Assembly: GCF_030684315.1 (NCBI RefSeq)
Contig: NC_081387.1
Location: 25,538,647-25,602,646, forward strand
DNA length: 64,000 nt
Origin: Stegostoma tigrinum
Lineage: Eukaryota
Reading direction: 5' to 3'
Each line of letters starts with the position of its first letter. Position 1 is the stretch's first letter. Below are positions 62,632 to 64,000 of this stretch, one piece after another. The translations under genes were made by a program, and so were the position numbers. Under the pieces are notes generated by a model that saw only the letters and a program-made list of their open reading frames with translations, was not told the DNA's origin and ran no database searches.

Positions 62632-64000
62632 CTGTGGAACAAGAAGAGAATTTTTTTGTGATTAGAAGACGTTTTATTATACAGATGTAACAGAATGGGT
62701 TCCATAAAAACAGTACATTTTAATTAATTTGCTTGGTTTCCACATACACATTTTATTCCCTCGAGGGACCAGTAGGAAGTATTTGCAGATGGATCATTAA
62801 CTTAATGAGTTGCATCTCGAATCTTCCTTCGATGTCCAAAAAATGCTGTTGTGGAATTGACTCCAGAGCTTTCAACTTAAAGACAGAAGGTGGAATTGCA
62901 CAGGGACCTGAAAGCTGTCGGTATCATCTGGATTTGTGGATGATAAAAGCGATAAGTCCGGTCAGGCCCATTCTGATATTAGCAGCAATGTGCACCATTG
63001 TTTTGCTTTGCAAGATGCTGATTGACAGGGATTAATGGTTTCTAAACACATTTCTTTATGGCACAACTCATTCATATTCAGACTCTTATGTGACCAAGCA
63101 AGCTCAATGTCAGAAGCGAAAGACAATGAAACCTGAGCAAGCACTTGGTGGATTTGCCTCACCATTAGTTCTGGATGAACTCCATGTTGGACATGTGGCA
63201 CCAACCTTGCTTGGCACTCTTCATAGGCACGGGCTACACATACCATACATCCATGGACATTGGCATCTGACATATGGCAGTCCCTAAGAACCCGCCCGGC
63301 ATATCTCCGATCCACTTGTATGACGGTTCAGCATTCAATGATACACCTCAGGCTACACTGGTAACTCTCATCATAATGCTGGAGCAAGGGCACTGCGTAT
63401 TCAGTGACACACACCCAACTGGACCAGGCTATATTTCCAGGCTTTTTGCTCACTGCCACAGTTCTTACTCATTCTTCGCCTACGCTGGACACTCACAACA
63501 TCCCTCCCTTGTATTCCCTCACCTTGCCCCTTGGTGCAACACCCCTCAGCCAGAGATATCACGTTCATATTACTGCTGTCTTCCCATGCTGCTTAGCATG
63601 GGCATGAATCCCAGAAGCTTGTCACAGTTGCCAGCAGGCCTCAGCCAGGTCATGGGACAATAGCCTTTAGTCAGGTGATCCTGTCACAGAAGGTCAAGTC
63701 TGCAATATCAGGCCACACCCTGTCCAGGGACGGTTACCATAAGAATCCTGTCCTCATTACGAGTGAGGAGCTGAATGACGGGCAGCCTACCACCCGTTTT
63801 AATTCTTTGTCCCCCATTGTGAGCTGTTTTAATTCTTCGAATAAGAGAGAGGCAAGTAGGACAGGAGATGACAGGTATTACTATTGCTCCAGGTAGGTGG
63901 TGTCCCAAGCAAGTGAGTAGGCAGCACTGTTGGCTTACAGACTTAGTGGCATCAGGGTCTGGGTTGGATAAGGGTGAGTAGGGAAGATGTTGCAGGCAAT

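Overview
Eukaryotic genomic DNA from a cartilaginous fish; the HE1-type SINE, CR1 and Penelope families point to a shark, plausibly a carpet shark (inference). Four protein-coding genes were reconstructed by hand from splice sites. (1) At the left edge, minus strand: an antigen-receptor-like Ig-superfamily gene with a leader exon (2899-2935) and a single germline-joined V-J exon (643-1020) with no RSS; its 3' exons lie outside the window. (2) A complete 6-exon RING/B-box/coiled-coil/PRY-SPRY TRIM gene on + (15387-24394, 486 aa, 'TRIM-A'). (3) Its complete convergent paralog on - (38363-46257, 512 aa, 'TRIM-B'). (4) The last three exons of a TRIM35-like gene on - (55963-62631, 'TRIM-C'). The rest is mostly CR1/L2/Rex-type LINE fragments, SINEs, a Gypsy remnant and many Penelope-like (PLE) pieces that carry minimal hammerhead ribozyme motifs. 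The most striking non-coding structure is a very young 1171-bp insertion (57910-59080, perfect 16-bp TSD) in a TRIM-C intron. It is built of 300-nt tandem units, each carrying a hammerhead core, arranged as a ~490-bp inverted repeat, and is a candidate retrozyme-like, circRNA-producing element. Repeat boundaries are approximate unless a TSD is quoted, and no database searches were run.
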